Shown in pieces: positions 25,766-39,459 of a DNA stretch of 64,000 nucleotides. The translations under genes and the position numbers were made by a program. The notes beneath the pieces were generated by a model. It was given only the letters and a program-made list of their open reading frames with translations, was not told the origin of the DNA and did not search any database. Numbering within the stretch: the stretch's first letter is position 1; each line of letters opens with the position of its first letter. The DNA comes from Octopus sinensis (taxonomy: Eukaryota): NCBI RefSeq assembly GCF_006345805.1, contig NC_042999.1:41974001-42038000 (forward strand), read 5' to 3'.

Positions 25766-25980
25766 AGGCGGCGAGCTGGCAGAAACGTTAGCACGCCGGG
25801 CGAAATGCTTAGCAGTATTTCGTCTGCCGCTACGTTCTGAGTTCAAATTCAGCCGAGGTCGACTTTGCTTTTCGCCCTTTCGGTGTCGATAAAATTAAAT
25901 GCCAGTCAAGTACTAGGGGTTGATGTAATCGACTGGACCCCTCCCCACGAATTTCAGGCCCTGTGCCTATAGAAGAAAGT
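25766..25980 (+). mobile_element. SINE family A (type-2 tail) after an (ATT)n tract
   Basis: aggcggcgagctggcagaaacgttagcacgccgggcg...gagttcaaattc. Confidence 0.92.
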
Positions 25981-26006
25981 ATTATCATTCTTATTTAATC
26001 TAAGCT

Positions 26007-26210
26007 AAGGCAGTGAGCTGGCAGAGTCATTGGCATGCCGGGCAAAATGCTTAGTGATTTTCCGTCAATACTAACGTTCTGACTTCAAAATTCCCCAGAG
26101 GTCGACTTTGCCATTCATCTTATCGGGGTTGATAAATTAAGTAAACTTCATAAATTAAGTGAAGTTGATCCCTCAAAATTTCAGACCTTGAGCCTTTAGC
26201 AGAAACAATT
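26007..26210 (+). mobile_element. SINE family A, diverged, in tandem with the previous copy
   Basis: aaggcagtgagctggcagag...gaggtcgactttgccattcatc. Confidence 0.8.
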
Positions 26211-27214
26211 TGAACCGTTTCCATACAACTTTAAGTTTCGTAAGTTTCGTCTTCTTTGCACATAATTCAAAGTTGAATGATTTTCGAGATGCTTACTCCT
26301 ACTTCGATAGTCAGTACAGCCGCGTTGGATAACATTTAACCACTCGTTGGTTCATTTGTTCGGACAACCATTTTTTTTTTATCTAACTCTACGTTACCGA
26401 CAGCTGCGGCAACAATGGATGTTGCTTTTCAATACACATAGACATGATTGGTCATGGAAATGCATGTTTGCCGTTGAAAACATTTGTGTATCGTAAAAGT
26501 ACACGTTTATTTTATATGAAGTATTAGGTGTTCCTCTATGTTACTTCGTTAGGGACTCATCGCCAGTACAAAGCCATAATTTTTATAATCATTCAGTGTT
26601 CTCTCTCACTCAATGAATATATAATACGTCGTTTGGATGAGTTAAGAACTCTGTTGAGTTCATGTAACTCTCCCTCTGTCTCTCTCTGTCTCTCTGTCTC
26701 TCACGCACACATACATATGCAAACATACAGACATTCACACATATACACACTTGACATATAGGTATATTTGTGTACTTCACACCAATCGGTCTATCTCAAT
26801 ATCTATATCTATTCATCAATTTATCTCTGTACATATATGTATGTGTGTGTGGGTGTGTGTGGGTGTATGCTTTAAAGAAAGTTATATATACAATCAATAA
26901 TATGTATGCACTATTTCCGTGTATAATAGGGGAAAACGTCCTTCTAATCATCAACACATATACTGACACTATTGACCCGACCTTGACCCCCCCCCACTTC
27001 CGCTAACATTACTGAATGACGGCTCTTCTCCAATTCACTATTGAGACGTACGGCATTACAAATCAATGTCTGTCTTAGTGATAATTGGATAGTACGTGAA
27101 TACGTTATACTTCCGTTGTATGAATAAGAGTAAATACGTTAATTTCCTCTCCCATAATAGACCATTCTACGAAAAGCCTAGCCTGGCACTAATAAAACTA
27201 ATTGCTTGCTCCAT

Positions 27215-27522
27215 ATTATTAGAACTTAAGAATATAACTGGCACTCCGTCGGTTACGACGAGGGTTTCACTTGATCCGGTCAATGGAACAAACAGCTCGT
27301 GAAAATAACGTGCAGATAACGCGTACTTTTAAACGTAATTCTCAAGAACATCCAGCGTGACAAGGCTGGCCCTTTGAATTATAGGTACTACTCATTTTTG
27401 GCACTGAGTGGACCGGAGCAACGTGGGATAAAGTGCCTTGCTCAAGGACTCAACACGCTGCAGTGTATCGAACTCACGACCTTACGAATCTGAGCCGAAT
27501 GCAACTAAGCTACACGCCTTTT
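27215..27522 (-). mobile_element. tRNA/CORE-like SINE (family C)
   Basis: Minus strand aaggcgtgtagcttag...gtcgtgagttcgatac...gtccttgagcaaggcactttat. Confidence 0.75.
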
Positions 27523-27546
27523 TATGGTAGAATGTATATGTGTGTG

Positions 27547-28089
27547 AAGCGACGAGCTGGCAGAAACTTTAGCACACCGAGCAAAATTGTTAGCGGTATT
27601 TCGTCTGCGGTTACGTTCTGAGTTCAAATTCCGCCGAGGTCGACTTTGCCTTTCATCCTTTCGGGGTCGATAAATAAATTACCAGTGACGCAATGGGGTC
27701 GATATAATCGACTTAATCCGTTTGTCTGTCCTTGTTTGTCCTCTCTGTGTTTAGCCCCTCGTGGGTAGTAAAGAAATAGGTTTTTCGTCTGTCTTTACTT
27801 TCTGAGTTCAAATTCCGCCGAGGTCGACTTTGCCTTTCATCCTTTCGGGGGTCGATAAATTAAGTACCAGTTACGCACTGGGGTCGATGTAATCGACTTA
27901 ATACCTATGTCTGTCCTTGTTTGTCCCCTCTGTGTTTAGCCCCTTGTGGGTAATAAAGAAATAGGTCTTTTGCCTTTCGTCACTACGGGGTCGATAAATT
28001 AAGTACCAGTTGTGTACTGAGATCGATCTAATCGACTGGTTCCCGTCCCAAAATTTGCGGACCTTGTGCCTAGAGTAGAATAGAAAAGA
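27547..28089 (+). mobile_element. SINE family A trimer (one head, three core units, last with type-2 tail)
   Basis: Core repeated at ~27650, ~27830 and ~27985. Confidence 0.9.
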
Positions 28090-28489
28090 ATGTGTGTATG
28101 TATGTGTGCATGTGTGTGTGCGCGCATGTGCATGTGTGTGTATCAGTTACTCAGATATAAAAATAAATAAATTTTATTGCTACGTATTCAAACGTTATTT
28201 CTCTATAAGATTCAAAAGTATACACCAGCTATCTTCTAAATCTACTGCCTGCACAAGTTTTTTCGACTAAAATTTATGGAAATGGATATGATAAGCTGTT
28301 CGTGTACATCCGTCTACTTTTGTCTGGTATTAGATATATATAACCAATTTTCTGCAAAGTGTCATGCTGATGCGAGAACTGAAACAAAGTAAAAATGAAC
28401 ATGAACAGAAATGAATAAATATTCAATCGCTGTTAATAAAATTTTTGCCATGAATATTTAAACGTATGTCTGCACTTGCACACGCACAT

Positions 28490-28556
<67 letters not shown>

Positions 28557-28620
28557 CATATTTAATCTTTCTTACAATATACATACATACACACACACAC
28601 ACATATATATATATATACAT

Positions 28621-29110
<490 letters not shown>

Positions 29111-30303
29111 AATATATATATATATACATTATACATTCATAACATGCTGTAAGAAAGATTATATTTTTCTATCTTCTTTTCCGACACCTGCTAATAGTAA
29201 GGAATGTTGCAACGGTGATCTGTTTTTAAATGGGCTTTACTCAGAAATGGAATAATTTTCATGAAGATGAACACTTTTTTTCACGTTGATCATTGTCTTC
29301 TTTATCACATTTTCTTGTTTAGTTGTGATATATATGTCTATGATTCTGTTTGTTTTGTTTTTTGCTTGTGCTTTTTTTATTATTTCTAATGGAAATGTAA
29401 AATGGTACGATACTGCTGAGGATGGTATGAACATTTTTCTTGAAAATTGTTTGAAAGAGGTAACGGAGAGGGTTAGTGGAAATATCAGAAAATAAATACA
29501 TTGAAAACATTTGCGTCGATATATTTTCTAATTTCCTATGCAGCTGGCGGATTCTTGAGAAAGATGAAATAGCTGTTCTTAACAGTCCATCTGCAAGAAT
29601 CTCAGAATTATCTGGACGACTTATTTTTCTATTTTTCTACAACATAGTACAGATTAAAACTACTGATATTCACATCGACACATACATATATGGACTCCTC
29701 ACATACATAGATACATTCACACACATGTATATACATATATATAAATACATTCAAATATTGTTTCATACATTGAAATATATATAGATATGTACACACGCAG
29801 ATATATGTATATATACAAATGTATATATATGATGCATGTATGATTTAAATAGCATAAAAAGTTGCTCCAGTTTCTGATCAATGTCGGATCAACTGCAAAC
29901 GAATTTAAGACTTCACAAAATTGCTTTGTATACTAAGCACAGCGTAGTGATACACAGCGATTTGTCTGCAGAAGGCCAAGAAATTATGGCAGACCCAAAA
30001 TTTTCGCAGCAGCTCTTTCCAACACGTCTACCTCACACTGTTAACTTGATCAATAATGATTGTCAAAGCCTGATGGGCAACACTAATTTTGATATGAGAC
30101 TTCAAAACTTCTACTCGCAGCAAAAAAGAGCAACATTTCCACTAAAGGGACAAACGTTATTTATGCAAATTTTACCTATTAATGGATTTGGTCCGCTTTG
30201 TGGTCAATGCCTATTTATGTCTAATTAAAATGCTGAGTTGTTAATTCATCATCCATTTATGAATTCTAACATAAGTAATAAGTTCAGATACTAATTACGT
30301 TGT

Positions 30304-31541
30304 ATCTGAAAGTTACTTAAAAGACGTCATCACGTTAGTTCACCTATGTACAATTTTTAATTCTATTAACTGTTATGAGTCGAGTGTAACCTCATTTATA
30401 TGAAAAAACGGAGAATTCTTTAGAAGATAATAGTCTTAACATGGTGTTTTTCAGTATCTTTGAAACGCTAACTAGAAGAAAATATGCGCTAGCAAAGAAA
30501 TATCAAATGTGAATAATATTTTCATTTTATCATTCAGTACAAAATCTGAAGTTTGTAAAAGATTGTAATTATTCTCACCTCAGTAAAATCGTACGGTTTG
30601 TTGTACTTCCTAAAATAACGATAAATGAATCTATAAATATTTATTGACGAAAGAGGGTAGAACTATTTCGCGATCAAATAATTCAGAGACATCCGAATAC
30701 AAAACAATACTTACCTTAGTGTTAACATGTTCAATAAATGGAATATTAAGCAGCTAACTAGAAGAAAATTCTCCGTTCGAAGAAACAATATTAGGTAATG
30801 TTAATTCTATTTTTTTTCTTTTCAAGCGAGCGTGAGACACAAATGTAGGTCTTTCATTCTTATTCGTTCCTCGTTTGTTGTCCTCTTTCACAATTATATC
30901 GGAAATCCACAATGGCTCCTTCTCGGCTATAACCTTGGATCCCTAGTAATCCGTTACAACACTTACCTAGCGTACCTTTTCGAGCAACACGATTTGTATA
31001 CCCTACAACTGCGTGAAGGCTATCGAGGCCCAGAGTTGTGTATGTAGGTTATCAGCCATCAAAAACTTGAAGTTGATTCACAGGATGTACTGCTGGTGAC
31101 AACAATAAGATACGTACGCCATTTTGTTATTGAGGGATACTAAGGGCTGCTGTGATATATGAGGTTTCTCACAGAAGCATAACAGTCGATTATGTGCTGG
31201 AGATGAGGATAGAAATGACTCATGTGTTCTCGGGAATTCGTTTTGGAGCTGAAGCCTCCAAATGAACTGGGGACAAGTGAAACAGATTTTCTACTCCCTA
31301 CAATTGAAAGCTGCATGCATTACATGTATTCCTCTCTTAAAGCCATTCGCTAGCACATCTGATAGTTTCTCAAAAGAAGTAATCACGTTAGTTCACCTAT
31401 GTACAATTTTTAATGCTATTAACTGTTATGAGTCGAGTGTAACCTCATTTATATGAAAAAAACAGAGGATTCTTTAGAAGATAATAGTCTTAACATGGTG
31501 TTTTCCAGTATCGTTAAAACGCTAACTAGAAGAAAATATGC
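30304..31541 (+). repeat. ~184-bp direct repeat pair (30304-30487 and 31357-31541), partial third copy at ~30753-30770
   Basis: Shared atcacgttagttcacctatgtacaatttttaa...gagtcgagtgtaacctcatttatatgaaaaaa...gctaactagaagaaaatatgc. Confidence 0.9.
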
Positions 31542-31927
31542 AGTCGTTTTATGCACCACAGCTTTTCAGAGACGAATTCCCAACCACCACCACCACCACC
31601 ACCACCAATTGGCAAAATACTTCATCAGTTACAAGTTGGTGTATTGGATGGGGAGTACGTAGTTCTATACTTGTGTCTGTAATAAAATCCAGTAATGAGA
31701 GTTATATTATCTAATCATGAATAGCTAACCATAACGTTATGACACATTCTTTATATCAACAACGGAACCTGAACTTACAATTGGAGATTTAAATATCTAA
31801 AATACATATCTAATTTCTTCTAAATTGTGTCTACTATCTTCCAAACATCTGATGAGAAGAACTTTTCCTACGTACACAAAACTTGTCGTAAAACCGTTAT
31901 TACATAAGTATGTATGCATTATGCGTG

Positions 31928-31959
<32 letters not shown>

Positions 31960-32664
31960 CGTGTGTGTGTGTGTGTGTGTGTGTTTATGTATACATACTG
32001 TATGTATGTGCATATTTTATGTTTATTTATGTACTTATTTACATACTTACTTGACACGTATATTCTTGGAAATAACATATTACCAGATTTTCTTCGACAT
32101 AACCGCAAAGATTCTTAAGTCTGGGTGGAATGACAACCACATACATTAACTCATTTAATAAAATTTGACTGCATCTAATTAGCATCTGAATAACTGCACA
32201 GTTTTCCAATATTTAAATAGTATTTCTTTTTTTCCTTTATTAGATTTCAAACAAAAAAATAAATGTGCTAAAAGATCGGATTGTGCATTACACGCGATGT
32301 TTAAAATGTTGGTGTCTTTATTTTTTACAAAACCATTTTTAACAAATAGCAAACATGTTTTGATTGGTTACACGAGGAAGACATGTATGTTCGTGATAGT
32401 ATGTTAATCACGCTTTCACAATTTCTTCTGATAATCTAACTCAATCTTTGTTATCTTTTATTTAACTTTTACATTTGTTGTTTCAAGAATTAGAAACGAA
32501 TTCTGGAATTTTAAAATTGTTTTCCAGATAAAAGTTAATTATTATGTAAAACTTAGATTTCACTGGAGTAGATAACTGAGCAAGAAGGAGAAAACAAATA
32601 GTAATTCAAGTAACAAGGCGTGAAATAAATAGAGGGACTTTAATAAGAAAATGGACATAGATTA

Positions 32665-33050
32665 GATATTGGCTTCAAATTTTGGCGCATGGCCAGGAGT
32701 TTCGGGAAAGGATACATGTCAATCACTTAGGCTCTAGTGCTCAACTAGTACTTAGTAAAGTTAGCTTCAGTGGAATTTGAACTTAGAACGTTTCTGCCAT
32801 TTCCCTGTCTTTAAAATGATTACGTAAATATAAGAAGCCACTAAGAGTCGGCAAGATAGTAGAATCGTTTTGTCGCCGGATAAAATGCTTCGTGACATTT
32901 CATCCGGCTCTATACGCTCTAAGTATAAATTCCGACAAGTCCAACTTTGCCTTTCATTATTTCAGGGTTGACAAACTAAGCACCAGTTGATGTAATGGAC
33001 TCACCTCTTCTCCATAAAAGGTCAGACCTTGTGCCAATTGTAGAAAAATA
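32665..33050. mobile_element. Two very degenerate family-A SINEs in opposite orientation (32665-32800 minus; 32850-33050 plus)
   Basis: Residual gaatttgaacttagaacg and actttgcctttcattatttcagggttgacaaactaagcaccag. Confidence 0.6.
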
Positions 33051-33121
33051 TATAAGGACCCTGCAGAAACTGACCAATAATCAAAATGCTTGATATTATC
33101 ATTTCACAAGGCATACTTATG

Positions 33122-33508
33122 TGGCGAAATGCTTAGCGGTATTTCGTCTGCTGTTACGTTGAGTTCAAATTCCGCCGAGGTCGACTTTGTCTTTCATCCT
33201 TTCGGGGTCGATAAATAAATCACCAGTTACGCACCGGGGTTGATGTAATCGACTTAATCCGTTTGTCTGTCCTTGTTTGTCCTCTCTGTGTTTAGCCCCT
33301 TGTGGGTAGTAAAGAAATAGGTGTTTCGTCTGCCATTACGTTCTGAGTTCAAATTCTGCCGAGGTCGACTTTGCCTTTCATCCTTTCGAGGTCGATTAAA
33401 TAAGTACCAGTTACGCACTGGGGGTCAATATAATCGACTCAAACCCTTTGTCAGTCCTTGTTTGTCCCCTCTATGTTTAGCTCCTTGTGGGCAATAAAGA
33501 AATAAGAA
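33122..33508 (+). mobile_element. SINE family A dimer, 5'-truncated
   Basis: Core plus type-1 tail repeated twice. Confidence 0.92.
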
Positions 33509-33820
33509 ACGTTCTATAAATGTGTGTATATACGTGTGTATGTGTGTGCATGTGCGCATACGCGTGTTTGGGTTTGTCTCTCACTGCTTGACAAACTGGT
33601 GCTGCTTTGATTATTCTCCTGAATCTAGTAGTCCAGCAATGAGAGAATAAGCTAACGTAACATACTTCGAACGTAAGTTCAGCTACCTTAATTAAGTGTG
33701 AGAGCACTTAACCTAACGGTTAGGGTGCTTTTGCTTTAAATTCTTGACCGGAAAAAAATTAAATCATTGCACATTGTTCCAGTTTGTCACTACACTGACC
33801 TTCAACCATGTGCTGATGAA

Positions 33821-33877
<57 letters not shown>

Positions 33878-33899
33878 GCTCTTATACAATGGATGTTCC

Positions 33900-34131
33900 T
33901 CTTTCTTTATTACCCACAAGGAGCTAAACATAGAGGGGACAAACAAGGACAAACATAGGTATTAAGTCGATTACATCGATCCCAGTGCGTAACTGGTACT
34001 TAATTTATCGACCCCGAAAGGATGAAAGGCAAAGTCGACCTCGGCGGAATTTGAACTCACAACGTAACGGCAGACGAAATGCGGTTACGCATTTCGCCCG
34101 GCGTGCTAACGTTTCTGCCAGCTCGCCGCCT
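33900..34131 (-). mobile_element. SINE family A with ~17-bp TSD
   Basis: TSD tatacaatggatgttcc at 33883-33899 and 34132-34148. Confidence 0.95.
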
Positions 34132-34302
34132 TATACAATGGATGTTCCACTGGTCCAAAAATCACGGAACGAGAGAGTGTCTATGTCTGCTTACTGTTAC
34201 ATAGGTACTTAAACCAATTAATGAATGTATGATATATGTTACCAAGCATTCTAGTACACCTGTGATATTTAGCTATACTTGATTACGAACAAAATAGTCA
34301 GC

Positions 34303-34716
34303 CCTTTTACTCTTTTACTTTTTTCAGTCATTTGACAGTGGCCATGCTGGAGCACCGCCTTTAGTCGAGCAAATCGTCCCAGGACTTATTCTCTGTAAGC
34401 CTCTTACTCATTATATCGGTCTCTTTTGCCGAACCGCTAAGTTACAGGGACGTAAACACACCAGCATCGGTTGTCAAGCGATGTTGGGGGGGAGGGACAA
34501 GCACAGACACACAAACATACACACACCCATATACAGACACACGCATATATATATACATATATACGACGGGATTTTTTCAGTTTCCGTCTACCAAATCTAC
34601 TCACAAGGCTTTGGTTGACCCGAGGCTATAGTAGAAGGCACTTGCTCAAGGTACCACGCACTGGGACTGAACCCGAAACCATGTGGTTGGTAAGCAAGCT
34701 ACTTACCACACAGCCA
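34303..34716 (-). mobile_element. SINE family B
   Basis: Alignable over its length to family B. Confidence 0.92.
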
Positions 34717-35324
34717 ATAAAATTTATCTTTGTTCTTAATATATCAAAATTGATTGATATATGTTAACAATTTGTTTTGCAATATGAACTGAATAAGTTT
34801 AGTAAATGTCAACTGTAAAGTTGGTTTCATTGATGTTAGAGTCGTATTTTACCGCCGTTCATTGGAACGAAACCGTGAAATGCAATGGAATACGCACAGG
34901 GAAGAGCGACTGAAATTCGATCAATTTGAAATACTTTAATCAGAAGAAAGAGGTCCTGGCAGCTGCCAGGTCTTTGCAGGTATTCCCAGACCTACATCGT
35001 TCGACGGTCGTTGTTGCTTTCTCTGCATGTCAGCCTTGATTATCCGCAGCTGATATCAATGACATTCAGGGAAAATTCAGTGTTTTATGAGTCATTTATA
35101 TCCAAGACCGCTTTTGCCAATGTTACTTTTGTATCTCGGAATTCTTTCGATAATTCTGTTTTGTGTTGCACTGCACATAGCTCCGTCCTTTGACATTTCT
35201 AACGGCTTAACAGTTCTCTTTTTGTTTTTTGTTTTTGTTGACAGAAGCCGCTGTGAAAATGGAATGTGAGCGGTTCCTCATACGTCTCCTCGCGATGCAA
35301 TGCAGCCAATTCTAACTCAGAGAG

Positions 35325-35340
35325 ATAGATAGATAGATAA

Positions 35341-35437
<97 letters not shown>

Positions 35438-35440
35438 AAC

Positions 35441-35476
<36 letters not shown>

Positions 35477-35602
35477 GTAGGTAGGTAGGTAGATAGATAG
35501 ATAGATAAATAGATAGATAGATAGATAGATAGATAGATGATAGGTAGGTAGGTAGGTAGGTATGTAGGTAGTAGATAGATAGATAGATAGATAGATAGAT
35601 AT
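35325..35602. repeat. (GATA)n/(GACA)n/(GGTA)n tract abutting the LINE 3' end
   Basis: Directly visible. Confidence 0.95.
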
Positions 35603-36000
35603 GTTTCTTTATTAGCCACACAGGGCTGCACACAGATAGAACAAATTACAAGGTAGAGCTTTTCTTTTGAAGGTATAAAAAAAAAAAAAAAAAAAAAAAA
35701 AAAGGGAAGGGGGAGGTTCGATCAAAAGGGATCGTAAAAGGAGAGAAAGAGGACAAAAATAAGGGGGGGTTAAAAAAAAAAAAAAAAGGGGGGGGAGAGG
35801 AAAAAAAATGATCAATAGGGATCGTTATCACAGAAATGTCAATATGAAGTGTAAAGGGGAGGACAGGTGAGGTTTACCCGTGGAAAGAAAAGCCTGCGGA
35901 AAAGACCACGGTAACCTCGGTCAATGAAGTCACATTTTATATTTCTTTTTTTTTTTTTTTTTTTTGCAAATAAGCAACTCTCTGATTTCGATTTCTGGGT

Positions 36001-39000
36001 TCATAGGACTATGCTCAAGGTGGCTTCGTCATTCATACGTCCCATTCTTGCTACATTCACCCATCTTTTTTAAAACATTCGCTAGACAAAACTTGCCTCT
36101 CTACTCTCACTTTCCTTTTCAAGTGGTACTTGAAGAAGTTGATGAGAGATTGACCAGAGAGGAAAGTGTTTGTCTCCAATCCTTTCAGACGCGTCCACCA
36201 GATACATTCTTTCGCCATAGCCACAAGGATGATGAAAATAGCTCTTCCTTCCCGTTTGAAGGAAGGAGGCGTGAATATTGACGATAGACTCAGCTGATAA
36301 ACCGACTCGTCACACGTGACAGCAGTTGTTCGACATAAGCCCACAGGTCGGAAATTGTTGGACACTGAACGAGTGCGTGCAGAACGGTTTCGTCGCTCTG
36401 ACCGCATCTCGGGCAGGTCGGCCCCGTGTTTCTCGAGCCGTGTCTGTAGAGCTTATCCCGAACGGGTAGCGCTTCTCGGTAGCACTGCCAGGCCAGGGAT
36501 CTCTGGAAGTTGTCCATGGGCCCTGGCCCGAAAGTCGTCCCGAACAGGCGGGTCAGGTACTCCTCGTCGACGTCCAGGTTCGCCCCGAGCTCGTCGTCGT
36601 ACCTCCCCTCCACTAAACCCCTATAGAATGCTTTGGTTGTGTTGAAGTCACTTAAGGTCGACCCAGGACGGCAGAGTTGCTTGAGAGCAACGCGACACTC
36701 GCGGTGCCATTCGCCCTCCTCGGCTCTTTTTGATCCACGACTGCAGTTCGGTCATGGAGACGAGCTGCGGGAAAGCGTGCCTCACAAACGGCGACCACAC
36801 CTGTTCACCGTCGTCTACATAGAGCCAGAGATGTCGCAGTCTCAGCGCGTGTCTGCGCATCATCAACCACGGCATGCCCAGCCCTCCTTTAAACGGGTGT
36901 TGACAGCAAATGGATCGCCTGACCATCGGGACGCATCCTTTCCACAAGAAGCGAAAGAGGATGCGTTGTAGTTTGGTGATGGTAGGGTCGGGACAAGGTA
37001 CGACGGTCAGGCGGTAGTAGATGACGGACGCGATGTACGTGTTCGCCACCTCCGCTCGACCTTTTAGGGACAGTTTCCTCTCGGCCCATTGCCGGGCGAG
37101 AGTGACCACCCTACTCGTTATCTCGTTCCAGTTCTTCTCCACTTGGAGGTCCGGACCGAACCAGACCCCGAGCAACTCAACCGGGCCGTCGGTCCAGCGT
37201 CCCACGACGGAGGCGCTGGTGGACGGCATGGGCTTGCTTCTCCAGGTGCCTAGTCGCAAGCCCACTGACTTTTCCCGGTTGATTTTCGCTCCTGTCACCG
37301 CTTCGTAGTTTTTCAGTGTCTCGCCGACCAGTTCGATGTGCTCGTGGCTAGACACTATGACGGTGACGTCGTCCGCGTATGCAGACACGCTCGTCCCGCA
37401 TCCCAATTCTCGCGGGATGCCTCTTAGAGTCGCCAGCTTCCGCAGTAGTGGCTCAAGAGTCAATACGTATAGAAGCGCCGAGAGGGGGCATCCCTGACGG
37501 ACCGAACGTGCAATGTCGAAAGGTCTCGATAGATGTCCATTTACGCGAATTACCGAACGGATGCCTCTGTACAAGGCAGCTATCCAGCCGCGGAAGACGG
37601 GACCGAAACCAGCCGCTCTCAGGACTGCCTCCAAGTATCGATGGTCTACCCTATCAAAGGCTTTTGATTGATCCAAGTTGATCAGGGCCCCACCCATGCC
37701 AGGTTCGTTAACTACCCTGTCTATGATGTAGCGCATCAGATGGAGGTTGTCATGGATGGTCCGGCCTGGCACGGCGCATGTTTGCGCCCTGTCGACCAGT
37801 TTCTCGATGACAAGCGCCAACCTCTTGGCTAGCACCTTGGCCAAAATTTTCAAGTCTGCATTAAGCAGAGTGATGGGCCTAAAGTTATCTATTACATTTC
37901 CCTTGTTTAGATCTTTCTTCAGCAGTGTTACGGCTCCTCGGCTCACAAAACCAGGAATGCTCCCGTTTTGCTGCCAGTTGCAGTACACCGCCGCCAAGAG
38001 ATCTCCAAACAAGTCTGGCATACAATTGTAAAGCTCGTAGGGTAGACCATCCAAACCCGGTGATTTGTCCCTCGAGCATTCTGCCATCGCTTCCCGCACT
38101 TCCGCCGCCGTGATGGTACCTTCGCAGCACCCTGCCTTTCTTGTCGAGAGTCGTGGTAGGCTATGTAGGTAGGCACTGAAGTCCACCCTACGTTCTTGCC
38201 CTCCACTCGTTCCGAACAGTCGGGCAAAATGCTGCTGAAAGGCCTCACCATTTTACTTGGCTCGAGCAATTCGCGCCCCTGTTCATCTACCAGTGACCGA
38301 ATGGTGGCTTTGTTGCCCTGTTGCGCCTCTGCCACCCGGGCCTCTCTCGCGGCTCCAACACCTTCGTTCCTTAGAGCACGCATCCTAGCTCTGAGCACAT
38401 CCTTCGTGTTTGGCGTTGAAGTGTTGGTCGAGGGCCAACCTCGCCGCCAAAACGTCGGATGCGATGCCGCTTCTAATTGCCTCTTCTAGCTTCTTAACTA
38501 GCTCACCCTCTACTCTATTTCTATCTATGGCTAGTGCTTTGCTGTACCTAATCGCTTCTGCTTTTACTGCTCTCTTGAGGGCAAACCACCATTTGTTGTT
38601 GATGATGGCTCCCGTCAAAGCCCTCTTTACTAGTGTGCTAATCCGGTCTCTGAAAACTTGTCTCGATGGGAAAGACAAGTTTAGTTTCCAGTATCCGGGA
38701 CCCTGCCTAAGTGTCTTACCTAAGTCTAGCGTACATGTCACAAGTTTGTGATCCGTGTAGCTGACTATGTGGAATTGTGGACATCCTATGCTATCTCTAT
38801 CTACTGTCCTACACAGTATCCTATCTAGATACGATCTCGACGACCCGATGCGGTTGCTCCATGTCCACGTTGGCGCATTCGGGTGGTCTAGTCGAAACCT
38901 GTCAGACAGTTGAAAGCGTCTGAGCAGGTCTCTGAGGCATTTGCATCCCCGTCTATTCCTATCTCTACCCACGTAGTCTACATGCGTGTCCAAGGTAGCA

Positions 39001-39428
39001 TTCCAATCCCCCACTAAGAGTAAAGGACGAGACGTTCCCAAGAAATCTTCTAGACGTTGAAAGAAATCGCCCCGACCTGTTAAGGGCGGTGCGTAAACTG
39101 ATACGAGCCGAAAAGCGCACCCATTGCTGCCGTCGACATCCAGGACGACCAGTCTACCCTCCGGGTCTACGAATATTGTCCTTACATTGAGATCCAGACA
39201 CTTGTGAAAAAGTACCGCGGTGCCACTACCGCCCATTCTCGGCAGACAGGGGGAAAAATAAATGTTGAACTGTCCGCCAAACATGGTCTTTAGGGCCCGC
39301 GGATTGTGGAGTCTGGTCTCGCTTATGGCTATGATTTCTAACTTATGTGACTTTATGTCATTTAAGAGGTACCCTTGTTTCCAAGGGGACCCCAAGCCAC
39401 GCGCATTTACACAACCAATCTTGATCAT
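36001..39428 (-). CDS. LINE ORF2 (APE endonuclease, reverse transcriptase, C-terminal Cys/His domain); frameshifted as assembled
   Basis: APE motifs VNARGL, ISETR, GDWN, LDRI, TDH; RT motifs KSPGLDG, FRPITLLN, KAFDRV, RQGCPLS, YADD; CPRC...HALVQC. Track ORFs 38385-39428, 37943-38398, 36648-38186, 36290-36613 and 36057-36407 join via short deletions; reconstructed end ...TLSIVL*. Confidence 0.9.
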
Positions 39429-39459
39429 AGTTCTAATGAATTAGAATACAGAGGGTTAC

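Noticed and set aside
27547-28089. CRISPR-like look of repeated ~37-bp cores with intervening sequence (also the 15-bp repeats at 6590-6668)
   Set aside because: The intervening sequences are themselves repeated SINE parts, there are no cas genes, and the context is eukaryotic.
29881-30228. 115-aa non-repetitive ORF
   Set aside because: No recognisable domain or convincing splice signals; the length is attainable by chance. A BLASTP or RNA-seq check is needed.
31190-31240. Trypsin-like LCAG...DSC..GNS peptide
   Set aside because: It is flanked by stops, lacks the GDSGGP serine motif and has no splice sites framing it.
35091-35108. Cadherin-like VLDIND motif on the minus strand
   Set aside because: It is followed by a stop, the spacing to EF is wrong, and no other cadherin-repeat motifs are nearby; likely chance.
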